Part shown: positions 1 through 14,459 of the stretch, piece by piece
Position numbering within the stretch: position 1 is the stretch's first letter
How the letters are laid out: every line of letters begins with the position of its first letter
NCBI GenBank assembly: GCA_964016885.1
Contig: OZ024740.1
Span: forward strand, 164,548,001 to 164,612,000
Source of the DNA: Eledone cirrhosa
Lineage: Eukaryota
Direction: 5' to 3'
DNA length: 64,000 nucleotides
The notes under the pieces: generated by a model
Seen by the model: only the letters and a program-made list of their open reading frames with translations
The model's database searches: none
Told to the model about the DNA's origin: nothing
Made by a program: the position numbers and the translations under genes

Positions 1-77
1 TATATTCGAATGTACCCACCCCCTATAAATTGCTGGCCTTCTGCCTAAATTAGAAGCCATAATTATTCTGTTGAGAC

Positions 78-290
78 AATGGATTAACAGAAAATTTAGT
101 GCGTCGGACAAAATACGTTAAGGTATTTGTTTCGAATCTTTACATTCAGTGTTCAATTCCCACCGAGGTAGCTTTACATTTTATCCTTGCAGATCGATAA
201 AGTAAAGTACTAATAGCGTTCTGTGGTCGATTTAATCGAATGTTTTCGAATTTCTGGCCTTATTCCTATTGTAAGGCCAATCTTTATTAT
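78..290 (+). mobile_element. Diverged tRNA-derived SINE copy
   Basis: B-box-like gtgttcaattccc, central ccgaggt...tcgataaagtaaagtac domain and (att)n tail shared with the younger copies in the window. Confidence 0.75.
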
Positions 291-1372
291 TATGTTTTTG
301 ACAGCTTCGTGGGAGGTTTTACAGCATCAGCATGTGGGACTTCATTGTTCCTGGTGCGTGCGCAGCATTAGGTTATGGCGATGCATCGTTTTTTTTGCTC
401 TGCTGCTATTTTAGTGGCTCTTCTTTTGTGTAGAGTATGTGTATGATGTAGTTTGTATCATTTTGGTGGGATTAATTTTCGTGTGTGTTTTTAATTGGTG
501 AAAATTCCTTTAAAGTGTCAGATGCTGACTGCATATTGTATACTGTCTGTGGTTTGTGTAGTATTAAGGAGTCACTGGTGTATAGAATTTAATATGGGGA
601 AATTGTTGCTGATATTATATTAGTTACTAAGTACATAGGAATGTGCTTTGTGATATTCTATTCGGTGTAGAATGTATTGTGCAAATTGTGTAATTTTATG
701 GCGCGCTATCAGGGAAGATATGTATTGTGCTCAGAGAGTGTACTGTTTGATGTGTAATATTGAATAGAAAATGTCTTGGATAAGTTGAATCTGTGCCTTT
801 TTATCTGTCAATATTATTGCAGCTTTTCGTCTTAAATTTATTATTATGTTCTTCGCGTCTTTTCGATATTAGCTTCTTCATTTTGTTTTTCTCATCTTCT
901 TTATTAAATCTGAGTTAATCTTTTGTTTTTCTGAAATGTTGGCTGTCGAAATGAATTAGTTTATTTTGGCTCAACCACTACAGAGACGAGCATTTCTTCC
1001 TGCTACCTCAATGCAAATAACCAGGCTGAAAAATTGTTTTAAAAAATTAATAGAGTAAAGCTATTAGAATTTTTTTGTTTTTGTTTTTGTTTTTGTTTTT
1101 GTTTTTGAGAGGGAGAACATTGGAAACAAGCTTAGTATCTCTGTAATAATTCTGCGCTATACGCCACTTTTTGAAATTTTCAACAAAATGTAATACAAAA
1201 ACAGGAGACCAAGTAAACACGGCTTGTAACGAAAAGAAACAAGAACAGCAACTATAATATTTCTTTATTTATATATGAGTGTATTTGTTTTGTGTCCCAA
1301 TATAATGAAAATGTACCATTTAAATTGGGACACAAAACAAGTACACCTATATATAGATAAGCGAAAGCCATA

Positions 1373-2419
1373 CAGGGTGACTATGAAAAATAGCCCCGCT
1401 TACGTTTTATGTCACTATATATTGGTTTTATAACCGATTAGTCTTAGAGTTCAGGACATAGCAAATGCAACATCTGCAAAAATAACGAGACGCGAAAGCT
1501 CCAGCACTGGATTTTCTGTGTCAAACACTATTATAAGTATAGCTCGTACAAGCAGGTCCAGAGCTATTTCACGCATTTTTGAACGGGCAAATCTCCCTTC
1601 AAAGCCAATATAGAAAACTGCATGAAGTGATTGGTGACGTATGGGACAGTGCAGGACCTCAATACAATATCAAAAGACCGTCCTACCCACTCTGGACGGT
1701 TCATAAAGCGTATGCAGTCAGTTATTGACAAGCGCATGAGAAGCAAATCTTTAGATTTCAACCGATGTATCGTTTGGGGTGCTATTTCTGAATGACGATT
1801 GATTGCCCCATTCTTCTTCAAAGAATACGGTATCACCGCTAAAGTCCTAAACGAAGGTTATGTAGAAGTACTCGATGACTTCAAAAAGGAGCTATAAACC
1901 ATGTACTTATCTATAGAGAATCCATTCAGGTTCCAGCAAGGCAGCACAAGTCTTCACATCTCCAATGAACCACGAGATTGTTTGAAAAAACCTTTGTAAA
2001 TCGTGTGATCAGTTTGAAAAGTTATTTTGAGTGGGTTCCACACAACCCTAATTTAACCCCGCCTCCATATTTCTTTCTTTGGGGACATCTGAAGGATAGG
2101 GTATATGTCAACAAACCCAGTACTCTCACTGAACTAAAGAAAAACATCAGGGAGATCAGAGCCATCCCACGTCTTTTTGGAAAGACGTTATGCTAAACTT
2201 CACCATTAGCCTAAAAAATGCATGGATTGAAATAGGTATTACTTAGAACGTGTACTGTAACTCTAGACAAAAAAACACTTGAAGATAGTGAATTGTTGAT
2301 ATGTTGCTTTTGATCGTTTGAACTATATTCATTGAGTTCCATTTATTTGAAAATGAATAATGTATGCAAAAACTTTTTTTAAATGGGCTAGTTTTTCTTT
2401 TTTTTTTTTCGTCAGCCTG
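1373..2419 (+). mobile_element. Decayed Tc1/mariner transposon (probably DD41D/rosa-like)
   Basis: TA-flanked TIRs cagggtgac / gtcagcctg; broken transposase motifs VWGAIS, FQQ(G)ST..H, WVPHNPNLTPP-YFFLWGHLKDRVY; about 41 aa spacing across a frameshift. Confidence 0.85.
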
Positions 2420-3429
2420 TACATATAGGGTTGAGCGTCAGAGTACACCACGAATCTAATCATTTGATCCGACTGCAACTCAGGTTTGGTGTATGATTAG
2501 ATTCGTGTTGTACTCCGACATTTACGTCTGTATGTACAGGCTGACTAAAAAATAAACAATAGCTCTGCAATGAAAATTATGACGAAGATGCTTATGAGGA
2601 TTTTGGTGACGATAAAATTGATGATAATTATACTTGGTAGGGATGATATTAGTGTAGATTTTGACGCTGCTGCTGCTGCTGCTGCTGATTATGACATTGT
2701 TGTTGCTGGTGATAGTGTAGGGATCATAATTTTTCAAGAAACGTGTTTCATGTCAGAAAATATTTTATAGAAAAAAAGAATTTCTTTATTGAATGTCGCA
2801 CATATAGTAAAGCAGGGAAGGGAGCCTATTCACAAATAGTTTCATTATTTACGTCGCGCCGGAGGGAATGTGTTGCATGTTATGTTATTAACTCTGATAC
2901 ATATATACATTCCACTGGAAATGATAACGTTTATGAAGTTGTTTGCGGTTCAATGGGAGATTACAACATTGTCAATCTAACTTATCTTTAAGTTTCAAAG
3001 TTCAACTGCTATCGTCAGAATCATATTTCAAGTTAACTTTCTGAATTTCCTTCTGTAAGAGGCGAGATGGAAGGTCGAGTGTATACATGGCAGGATTAGA
3101 CCGAATTGGATGGACTGCTGGTTATTCAGTTCATGAGAGTAAAAAAGCTTCTGACATTTCACTGTTTCCTCAAACAGACTTTGTATTCTACATTACCACG
3201 ATCAAAGCAGTAAAGGTTGAATCTCTACGTGGTCGCTTGACATGTTAGAATAACAATCGAAACTCTCTGAAACCACACCCCTTCAACTTTGACTACGGGA
3301 AGGGATAAGATGATCTTTGACAGGCCTGCTCAAAAGTGCATGGTAACCACTGCTAGAGTATTCTGATCAGATCGTAAGTCTAGCTGATTACGGTAGACCA
3401 GAAATGTTATCAAAGATAGATTAGTGACA

Positions 3430-3607
3430 TATGCTGGGTTATAGTGATACGATCTTTTCCGATATCTGTTTCATACCAGGATGTTAATCCAGCACATGTT
3501 ACCGGGAAGCCTTTCCTCCTTTATGGCTCGATACAATTATTATCAATGAATGACCCTGGTGGATGTAACTGACCCTTCTCTGATCACCAAAATGTTTGGC
3601 ATTGAAC
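3430..3607 (-). pseudogene. Putative fossil Ig-domain exon
   Basis: tatatag acceptor; one frame reads LHPP...GFPVTCAGLTSWYETDIGKDRITIT with two in-frame stops. Confidence 0.3.
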
Positions 3608-4635
3608 CTATATAAGAAGCCGTAGAGCTTCGTGCGTTATTTTTCTCCTGAAGAATAAAAATACATTTAAGATTTGTATTTTAATATAATTTAAAATAAA
3701 AAATCAAATTTAATAAGCTCCTTTAACTCTATTTGACCCATAGTAAATTAGATTGTAGGGCACGTCGCTTGAAGATGTATTCTTCACGTAATGCATCTAC
3801 GGTAAGTTCACTCTATTCAAGAGACATTCATTAATTTCATTGCATAGGACATAGCAGTGACTGGCAGAAACGTCAGAGTATCGGATGAAATACTCTGGCA
3901 CTTATTCCGGTTACATTCGTTCTGAATTCAAATCCCACTGAGACCACATTTGCTATTCATCCTTTCAGGTTTGATAAATCTCTATCCTAGTGTGCCCCAA
4001 TATCTGAGGAGGTGTCCTGTAGCCTTTGTTACAACTTTTACCATTCTGATTAGAAATCCCGCCATAGCTTACTTGGGTAGTAGACTTAATTCATTGCTCG
4101 GTTTAACAACACTAGTCTCTAGGTGACATTAGAAGAGTCTATTCTGTTGCAACCATTTAGGTGAGGTTAAAGAAACCTTCATTTTCTCCATGAAATGGGT
4201 AACAAGTATTACTTTTATTCCCTGACTAACCGATCAAATAACGACAATGAAACTTAGCAATTTCACAATGCACTTTACTAAAGTTGATGCTAGGGTGCAT
4301 AATGCAGTGAGCAAAGAAATTTCAATTATTTCAAATTAAAACCAAAATAGAATATTTTTGATTTATTCTGCTTAAGAAAAGTCGGGGAGACAGCCTTGAA
4401 ATATATATTAATAACATTTATGGACTGGACAATTTTAAGACTTTTGTGAATTGTCTACGAACGCAGGCTCATTGAAAGAATACAACAAGGGAACTTATTT
4501 TGTTCATTGGCAGCAAAACTTGCGTATATTGATTCTTCAATTTTATAGAGAAGAATAAATAAAAATAATGGAAAGGAATAGAAATTGTTAAGGAGGGAGG
4601 GGTGGCGTAAGAAATGGAGAGAGAGAGAGAGAAAG

Positions 4636-4695
<60 letters not shown>

Positions 4696-5288
4696 AGAGA
4701 GAGAGAGAGAAAGACAGAGGGAAAGGGAGAGAGAGAATGGGAAATAATTCAGTTTGTTTAGAAATTAGAACATAGTTCGGTATTTTGGAATGATGTTTAG
4801 TGAAACCAAAAACATAATATGTCAAATAGGTAGGTTTAAAAGATTAAATCTTCAGTGAATTCTGCGTTTGCAGTGACTTTAAAATGGTAATCTGGTGTTA
4901 TTGGAAGCGTGACAAAAATAGTTTCATATTACCACTATTTGAATGAACTGTGCTCCACCATGAGAATAAAATAAAATAAAAATAAAAGTAAAACTTGACG
5001 CAATTTCTACAGTTTTGGTCACGATGTTTACGAATATGTAGGCAACTGAGGTAATAATCTAAAACCATGGACAACAAACATATTCATACAGACATATATG
5101 ATGAAAAAAGTAACCTTTACCGGAAATGTCATACCGAAGAGTGACAGTAGAGTATAAATATATGTTAAGTAACTCAGAACTCGTTACCAATACAGGATTG
5201 AACTTGATATGTTGTATTTGGGGATTTTGTTAATGAAAAACAGCTCTTCAAAGCATCACAAACCTATGATCATCTGATTAAAAAGTCG

Positions 5289-5860
5289 TTCTTCTTCTTC
5301 TTCTTCTTCTTCTTCTTCTTCTTCTTCTTCTTCTTCTTCTTCGTCGTCGTCGTCGTCGTCGTCTTCTTCTTCCTGAGAGGGGCATGGGGGTAGAGTCCTC
5401 AAACACTCCTAACAGCGGGTCCTGTTGTAACTACTGTCTCCAACTGATCTGGCTGGATCCCCAAGCGTGACCAGCCAAGCTCATGGATGTTATCCAACCA
5501 TCTTGCTCGTGGTCTACTCCTGGGTCTCTTGCCAGTTGGTTTTGCCAGTAAAATCTGTCCAGCGATTCTTTCCTGAGACATTTTAATCACATGCCAATAG
5601 TATCGGTGCTGTGGTCTCTCAATTCGGAGAAATAACGGTTCTAGCTGGAGCAACACTCTGGTCTCCGAGCTACGCTCTCTATCGAGTAACGTTACTCCAG
5701 GGAACTTTCGAAGGAACCCCATTTCGGCCGCTTGTATTGGCAATCATATCCTTTCAGTTATTACACAACATTCATAACCACAGGTAAGGTTTGGCACGAA
5801 TAGCGAATTAAAGATAGCGAGTTTGGCTTTTGCACATACCTACCTTCTTCTGATTACCGA
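5289..5860 (-). mobile_element. 5'-truncated RTE-clade LINE 3' end with (GAA)n tail
   Basis: ORF 5399-5743 IQAAEMGFLRK..GVTLLDR..RYYWHV.KMS.ERIA..GKRPRSRPRARWLD; (ttc)n run at 5289-5372 is the tail on the minus strand. Confidence 0.85.
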
Positions 5861-5977
5861 TTATTAATTAAATAAATCTTTAGACTTAATAATTCTATTC
5901 TTATTATAAACTACATAATTATAAAAGACAGTAGAATCTAAAAGAAAATATGAAGAGTCCGATCTTCCCAAACTATA

Positions 5978-6113
<136 letters not shown>

Positions 6114-7049
6114 TTTCTTTTAAGTATAATTGAATACATATCAGATAAAGATGTTGCATCTCATCCAATGTGTTGACACAACCTTCTGAACTTCTTCACT
6201 GAATCATCAATTAGCTGCAGTCAAGAGCAACATACCAACTATGTAATTTTCTCATATTGTATCATCAATGATGCTGTTTTCTTTTTGTCTATTAAATAGT
6301 TAATCTAGTTATATACGAACCACATTATTGGTATTTGAAGGAAAATTTAATTAGTTTAACCGAATATACCATATTATCGAATCAGCAAAGACAGACAAAA
6401 CCATATGATTTAAAGTAGTACATTATTAATACAAAAGTAACGATAATAGTGCAGGTATTCGGGAATAGGTGAAAGATATGAAGAGTGAGATGTTTACGCA
6501 TAAGTATGTGTGAGTACATGTGTCTGTATACGTGTATTTGTGTATGTGTGTGCGTGTGTTAGTGTGTGTTTGTGTGTGTGTATGTGTGTGTTCTGTGATG
6601 TGTATGTGATATCATGCGGCAAATTTCAATAAATTAGTTTCGATGAAATTGTTTACGTTGTAGTGTTTACTGACGTGATAAAGATTGATCAAAACTGCCA
6701 TTTTGCTGTGATCGTTGCTAAAATTATCTTCACACTTTCTGGACTATTCAGTTTCCGTCCCCGATGATGTAATATAATTAACAATATAATTAAAAATGTG
6801 TCTATCGTTCTCAAACTGCAGCAACTGTTCGATGCGTAGCTTTACTTCATTGCTGTTAAGCAAATCATATCTCAATCACGCCACCACGCTCAATATGATT
6901 CCAATCGGTTGCCGGCAAAATGTTCCCTCGTTTTATGACATCTACTACATTAAAGTGAATTGTGTTGATCACATACACATAAAACCCCAAAATATTCTAC
7001 TGTACATTTGAATTGGAAATATATAGAGTTTTCCCCACGGGAATTGAGG

Positions 7050-7151
<102 letters not shown>

Positions 7152-7214
7152 TATATGCGTGTATGTATGCATGTTACGTACGTACGTACATACATACATA
7201 CATATATATATACA

Positions 7215-7266
<52 letters not shown>

Positions 7267-9539
7267 TATAAAGTTTCACTTTAAAATGCTTTTATTGAAT
7301 ATTGACCGTTACGCACGTTTCATTGATGATTGGTTCGAAATCTATATCGATGTGATAGACCTGTTTGTCAATCGCGTAGATTGAAAACAATTTACATCTC
7401 AAAGCCATCCAACCTCATATCGATACTTATACATACAGGCATTTCCTCTTTACAATATCGATGTGTTTTTTACATGGGTGTATTGTGTAAAGTTTGATAA
7501 ATTAGTAGATGGGTCGGGCGAGGCCAGCGTGGAATCTACAACCGGTCTTTAAGCCTTGTATTGATTATACATAAGCAGTTAAAACAGCCTGGAGAACCAC
7601 GACAGTCCCAGTGATAGTCACACCATCGCCAAAAAACAACATCATCTCCAACAACAACAAGGGCTCAAATGCTCTCAGCAAGGGTAGAGATAGCAGTCCG
7701 TATTGGCGACAGGGAGTGTTTATCGCTAAGTTAGTAGTCTGTGTCGACAACAACAAAACTCACGGCAACAACAATAACAACTCCAACAATGACAACTGCG
7801 ACTTGACCTCATGAAAATCATCCATCATAGATGTTGTATCCCCTGGCTGGCGTAGGAACGGTGTTAAATATTCATTTAAAAGCATTATGGCTGTGACACA
7901 AGAAACCGAAGGACATCCATCTACTGTTCTACTGTTTTACTATTCGGGGCTGTAAGGGCAGCGTCGTAATTGAAGATAAATATAGAGCTAGTTGTGTTGT
8001 TGGTGGTGAAGGTTGTCGTAGTTCTGGTACAGTTAGTATGTAGCTCGTGTGGTATAGTTAGCGGCAGATTTACTGTTACCTTGATACCTTTGATATACTG
8101 ATAATTTACGACATAGCAAAGTATTTTGGAGATAGTAATCACCGTCTATACAAGATTTGGGCCTAAGAAAACCACACGCAGTGTTGCAAATGTGTGATAT
8201 GTACCTTTCTCGTTTTATCTCTTTGTATACAGACAGACACTGACTGAGAGCTACACACGTTCACACATACACCGACATACGCGCAGAAACACTCGTTGAC
8301 ACACACACACACAGACACACAGACACACAGAGACACACACGTACACTTACACACTCACACACACAGACGTACACACCACGCACATTCACACACACACAGA
8401 CACATGTAGGTGTGTAGTTATCACGTAAATCATCCAATATCTCAAATAATTCCAAGCCACGTGTATTAATCTAACGAGCGACGATTTTTATTATTTTACT
8501 GGTTTTAGTTTTACTGTAACCGAGTTGGGGCTCTGATTTCAAAGGATTTAGTCAATTATATTTCCACTACTACTGTGCCTTGTATCTACGTTATCGACTT
8601 CAGAAGAGGAAACGAAAAATGGAGAAAGGACTCCTGTTCGAATCTTAAGTGTGCCCTCCTGATTTATGGCGTGTATTTCTCGAGCACAATACGTCCTTGG
8701 AAATCGAACACACGTCTTTACGATCGAGAGTCAAACACTTTAATAACCGAGCTGTACGCCTTCACCCACTGTTATGCTAGTTCTGACATCCACATCCTAT
8801 AGAATTTAAAACAATAAAATGCGTCACCTTATAAAATAATGATGCTATTGATAATGATGATGATCGATAATGATGATAATGAGAAGGAGGAGGAGGATGT
8901 TAACGATAATAAAGATCCTCTCCAACTTCACCGCTACCTCATCACCTTCGCCAGCATTGTAGTTGTCGTCATCATCATCATCATCATATTATTTCGTCCT
9001 TCCCATCATTAGTAAAATGTCTATATGATTTTGTGCTTATTTCTAGGTTACAGGAAACATCACCACTTTTGTTAATATATGCACTGACAAATTTACAGCT
9101 AATGTTCTTACGCCAATTTTAATAAACCCATATAGTCGAATTTGGAGTAAATAAATTTAATTTACTTTTGCTTAACCTTATTTACTAAAATATGCCTTAA
9201 GATGGTAGTCGATGTTTCAACACGACTAACAACCATACGACACTATAGAAATTAAACTGTGATATATTATAACATCTTACAAATTCATATATATTGTGAT
9301 ATAAATACATACATTTGTCATACAATATTAAAAGTTAACATATCACTTGATTAGACTGATATCCGAGGAGGACAAGAGGATGTAAACGCTATAAAACAAA
9401 CGCATATATTCTTATTCTTTTTTAATAATTGTGAATTATGAATCCTGTTTCATATTGTGGATACTGACACAAAATATTAAATATCTTCCAAACCACACAC
9501 TACAACACTACGATCTATTAGGTACCAACCTTTCCTACA

Positions 9540-9740
9540 TTAATTATTTCTACTTTTGGCACAGAGGGAGGGGAAAGTCGATTAAATCGACCCCAATTCC
9601 CTACTGGTGCTTTATTTTATCGACCCCTTAAGGAAGAAAGGTAAAGTTAACCTCGACGGGATTTGAACTCAGAACGTAAAGGTCCATAACTCTATGTCGT
9701 TAAGCATGTTGTCCGACGCTCTACCGATTCCGCCAATCTT
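9540..9740 (-). mobile_element. tRNA-derived SINE
   Basis: Reverse complement has A-box tggcggaatcgg, B-box gagttcaaatccc and the conserved central domain. Confidence 0.85.
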
Positions 9741-11340
9741 CTACTCTACATTAATATTAACCAATATGCATGCTAAATACACAGCATTATCATCGAAAAT
9801 GCCAAATCTTACGAAAATATTCACTACTGTGCGACGACGACCTCTACAACAGGCCGTCAGAGACATATATCATGCCAAAAGAACCACTCCCACCACACAT
9901 CAAGACTATTAAATACCATCACGCACACGCGTTCTTAAGGACGTATACTAAGATTATACTCCTGTTAAAGAAAACCAACCACGCACGTACACCCAATTTA
10001 CATACTCACATCACTAAACAAACAAACCACATTTAAACATCAGCACCACCAGACATAATCTTACCCCTACAACCACCAATACCAATAGATACCATCACTG
10101 TATATGTTACACGCCACACACCGCTCAGATAAAATTTTCGTTCAAGACCATTTACTGCGTACATGACAGCAAGAAGATGGCTAAAAGCTCACAGCAGACA
10201 TTAAAGATATTGTCCATCTGGAAACAGATCTTAATTAAAATCTTTAAATCTTCGCTGTTAATTGTAAAAGAAGAATTATCTTAGCTGTAGATCATCGTTG
10301 AATTACGCTGATAAATTCCGCATCAAGTATCACGGACTATTTTAATTTGATTTAATTTTGTGTTATCCTTTAATTCGAGGTCGGTCAGTGGGAAATAGTA
10401 TACAAAAGCAAACTATTGTCGGTTGTTTATCGGTAAATTTTAAACGAGTCTAATTTTGATAAATAGTTCCCTTAAGGAATCACCAGGAGCAGAATGCCAT
10501 AAAAGAAACTGCGATTTAATTGAATGCTAAATTGATTAAACGCAGAGTAAACTAACCATAAACACCTAGTCTGCAAGAGCGTCAATAAACACTACATTCG
10601 TCTTACAGACAATGACACGTAACAGAGAAAACTATGCACTGTCACGTGTGAATCTATTTATAGAATTTTACACAACTATTTTACTATTCATACATTCAGA
10701 AAATACATGTACACATACACACTGTGTAGTCGTACATAGAGACACATATGTATAACTCAAACTAATAATACTTAATCAATCAAATAATGAAGAAATTATC
10801 AATAGCTGTATTCTTTTAACGAATAAAACAGTAAAAAAACAAAATTAAACCCAAGTGATAGCATAATAGATGTTTATTTTAGTATGAACCACAAAAAAAT
10901 AAACGAATAAATAAATACATAAATAAATAAATAAATAGGAATCTTCTTCAATCATACTGACTGACAAATAGTGTAGAAACCCATCCCATTAACGGCACGA
11001 TAAATCCAGAATTTATTTAATATAATTAAACAGATCTTAGTCAATAATAATCTCTTCAACCAATTATTAGACACTGAAAAGAAATTTCTTAAAGCAAACA
11101 ACAAAATCATTATCTACAAATCAGTAATAATTATTTCTACATTTGGCAAAAGGCCAACAATTTGGGGGAAGGGGAAAGTCAATTATTTCGAATATCAGTG
11201 CATGACTGGTACAATATTTTATCGACCGATGAAGGATAAAAGTCAAAGTCGATGTCGAGAAAGACTGTGGGATGTGAAGTCAGAATGTAAAGAATCAATC
11301 AAACTCCCAGCCTCACGATTGTGAATCCAACTCTCTAACG

Positions 11341-11495
11341 TGGACAGACTGGAAGAGGAAGACCGAGGTTAACATATGTTGAGGCCCTAAGGACAGACAC
11401 TGGTCTGTTGGAGACGCAGGAGATGGCAGCGATAATGAGGGACATAGACCTCTGGAGAGAACTCGTCCATGGATCTCGGGAATTTTACCCGCCCT

Positions 11496-11498
<3 letters not shown>
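11341..11498 (+). mobile_element. LINE (RTE/RTEX-like) 3' end followed by (TA)n
   Basis: Encodes [29 protein letters not shown]...REFYPP*; homologous to 45421-45668 (-). Confidence 0.75.
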
Positions 11499-11530
<32 letters not shown>

Positions 11531-11533
<3 letters not shown>

Positions 11534-11947
11534 CGGGTAAAATATTTCAGAGAAGCCATGCCTTGCGTATTATTCTCACATTCGCTCGCTCTGATGAATT
11601 AACTGGTTATAAACAAAGTATTGGTGATCGATTGACGCAACATCTAGCGATTAGCGAACTCTAGAACTAACAGATCAAAGAAACATTTGTTAGTACTGTG
11701 AATAAAGCCCTTATTGTACATATATATAATTCAAGAAATAAGAGTAACATGGTTGTCTGTACAGTAAGGGCTTTATTCTCAGTGCTGACAATTGTTTCTT
11801 TGATATGGTAGGTCTAGAGTTCGCTAATCGCTAGATGTTGCGTCAATCGATCTCCAATACTTTGTTTATAACCAGTTAATTCATCAGAGCGAGCGAATGT
11901 GAGGATAATACGCAAGGTATGGCTTCAATGAAACATTTTACCCGCCC
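11531..11947. mobile_element. Fold-back/MITE-like element in (TA)n
   Basis: About 190 bp imperfect inverted arms (11531-11720, 11758-11947) with a 37 bp spacer, flanked by TA repeats. Confidence 0.85.
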
Positions 11948-11997
11948 TATATATATATATATATATATATATAGTAATAATAATAATAGATATGGTT

Positions 11998-12048
11998 AGT
12001 TTCAGAAGATCCCGTTAAGGGTGAAAGCAGCAATTCTTTGCTTAAACT
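11998..12048 (+). ncRNA. Hammerhead-like motif with variant core CAGAAGA (family D)
   Basis: agttt-CAGAAGA-t ccc gttaa ggg t-GAAA-gca..tgc-TT-aaact; all three stems pair. Confidence 0.6.
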
Positions 12049-12065
12049 TTAATATGTTATTTTAA

Positions 12066-12104
<39 letters not shown>

Positions 12105-12147
12105 ACGGATAAATAAATATATATATTTATATATATAAATATATATT

Positions 12148-12178
<31 letters not shown>

Positions 12179-12216
12179 ATATATAAATATATATTTATAT
12201 ATGTAAATATATATAT

Positions 12217-13092
12217 AAACGGAAAAATGAAACGAAATTTCATTTCCTACTCTTAGTACGGCTGTTACTTAAATATAAGTATGTACACGTACATACATAT
12301 ATGTATACAGCCGTACAGTAGTATGTATATATATATATACATACATGCACACATATATATATGTACGTATGGATTCACCGAACATTTATTATAATGCTCG
12401 GTGTGTTTGTAAACAAACATCCCGTATTAAGCCTTAAGTGTCCAGCAACCATCGTTGCTCGCTTGTTCAACACTGACAAAGGAACGCTGTACTACGGGAT
12501 GTTTGTTTACAAACACACCGAGCATTATAATAAATGTTCGGTGAATCCATACGTACATATATATATGTGTGCATGTATGTATATACATATACATACTACT
12601 GTACGTCTGTATACATATATGTATGTACGTGTAGATACTTATATTTAAGTAACAGCCGTACTAAGAGTGGGAAATGAAATTTCGTTTCATTTTTTCCGTT
12701 TATCGTTTTCGGTGCACCCGGCCGATTAACCCACTCGATATGCAAATTGGGCTACTCAGCCGTTAATATGCATAAGGTAAGTATATACGTTCAACAATCT
12801 GGCAGGAAGGTATACGTTGCTGACGATAGCTAATAAGCTTGAAACTAGTACAGCGTTCCTTTGTCAGTGTTGAACAAACGAGCAACGATGGTTGCTGGAG
12901 ACTACGGCTTCATACGGGATGTTTGTTTACAAGCACACCGAGCATTATAATAAATGTTCGGTGAATCCATACGTACATATATATATGTGTGCATGTATGT
13001 ATATATATATACATACAACTGCACGTCTGTATACATATATGTATGTATGTGTAAATACTAATATATATATATATATATTTATCCGTCTTTAT
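12217..13092 (+). mobile_element. Non-coding HHR retroelement (family A): inverted partial copy plus about 1.4 tandem units of about 420 bp
   Basis: acgggatgtttgtttac recurs at 12494 and 12914; 12217-12493 is the reverse complement of downstream sequence. Confidence 0.8.
12815..12855 (+). ncRNA. Type I minimal hammerhead ribozyme (family A)
   Basis: cgttg-CTGACGA-t agct aata agct t-GAAA-ctag-TA-cagcg; palindromic stem III ACUAGU. Confidence 0.9.
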
Positions 13093-13482
13093 ATATAGGC
13101 ATACATGCGCGAGTATATACATACATATATGTATGTGGGTGAGTGGTTGAGTGTGTGTGTATGTGTGTATACTTTATATATATATATATTCACAAGATAT
13201 TCATGTACAATATTATTAACTTAAAAGAATACTACTATTTACGCAAAAATTTACTGATTGTTTATATTCCAAATTTTCCATATAGGAGAATATGTGTGGG
13301 CGTGCATTTACCCTCACACACAAAGAGATACCAGTATATACATAGACACAGGGAAAATTTGAATGCATTTTCTCATAATAATATTATTGTGGTCATCACT
13401 CATAATCGAATATGACTTGGTATCAGTATGGCGGGATTTGAACTAAGAGTACAGTGTTGAATAAAACTGTAAATACATACAT

Positions 13483-13534
<52 letters not shown>

Positions 13535-13543
13535 GCATATATA

Positions 13544-13586
<43 letters not shown>

Positions 13587-13611
13587 ATATATATATGTAT
13601 ATATATATATA

Positions 13612-13698
<87 letters not shown>

Positions 13699-14248
13699 GT
13701 GTGTGTGTACGTAGAGAGAGAGAGAGAGAGCTATATTGTTGATCTAACTTTGGTTATACCCATATATACTCATACTGATATACGATATAAATATATCATA
13801 TATAAAAGATAATTATCGGCATCTATGTGACTATTCAAAGACATACACATGATATGTTCTAAATTGTAGGTAATCTTTTACAACATCTTGATAATTGGTT
13901 GATATTGCCTAAAAATATAGTAAAAATAATCTTGATAACACGGTAGGTGACCGTATTCGCTTCTTAATTAGGTTATCGTCTCACACAAGCATATCCCTAT
14001 TTCATTTGTCAGATAATCTGATAAAAGAATTGCTGGTCCTTAAGTTCCCTATTTTATTTGAGTAGCTGTGCGTGTACCTGATAAGCATTTGATTCTATCA
14101 TGTCTGACTTTTTAAAGCGAACGTAAAGGTTCTTTTGTTATGTGTTAAAAAAGGGAAGAGATATGTCTGTTGAAACTTGATTCTTTCGCTTAATTAGAGA
14201 TCATACATGTTTCTATCTCACGCTCTCTACCTCACTCCTTTCACTTAC

Positions 14249-14459
14249 TTTTTCTTAATTCCTCGTAATATCGTTACCGAACCTTTTGGAGATATGTTAA
14301 AAAGGATATGTTAGACTAGACTTGTAGTCATACTGTCCCACGGGGACAGTATTCAGCACCAATCACTGGAGCGTGAATTTGATGAAGAACATTTCTCCTT
14401 CTGGAAACTCTGTTATTATATTGCATGTCAGTTTCAGGGATGAACTGGTGTTTAATATC
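14249..14459 (-). pseudogene. Putative fossil Ig-domain exon
   Basis: ttctacag acceptor and gtaagtg donor; SLKLTCNII...FTLQ*LVLN...YKSSLTY, with TGA where the Ig tryptophan would be expected. Confidence 0.35.

Noticed and set aside
300-960. Possible decayed retroelement coding sequence on the minus strand
   Set aside because: No recognisable motif in any frame I read
11591-11625. CTGATGA in the fold-back arms as an HHR
   Set aside because: No GAAA at the right position and no stem I pairing
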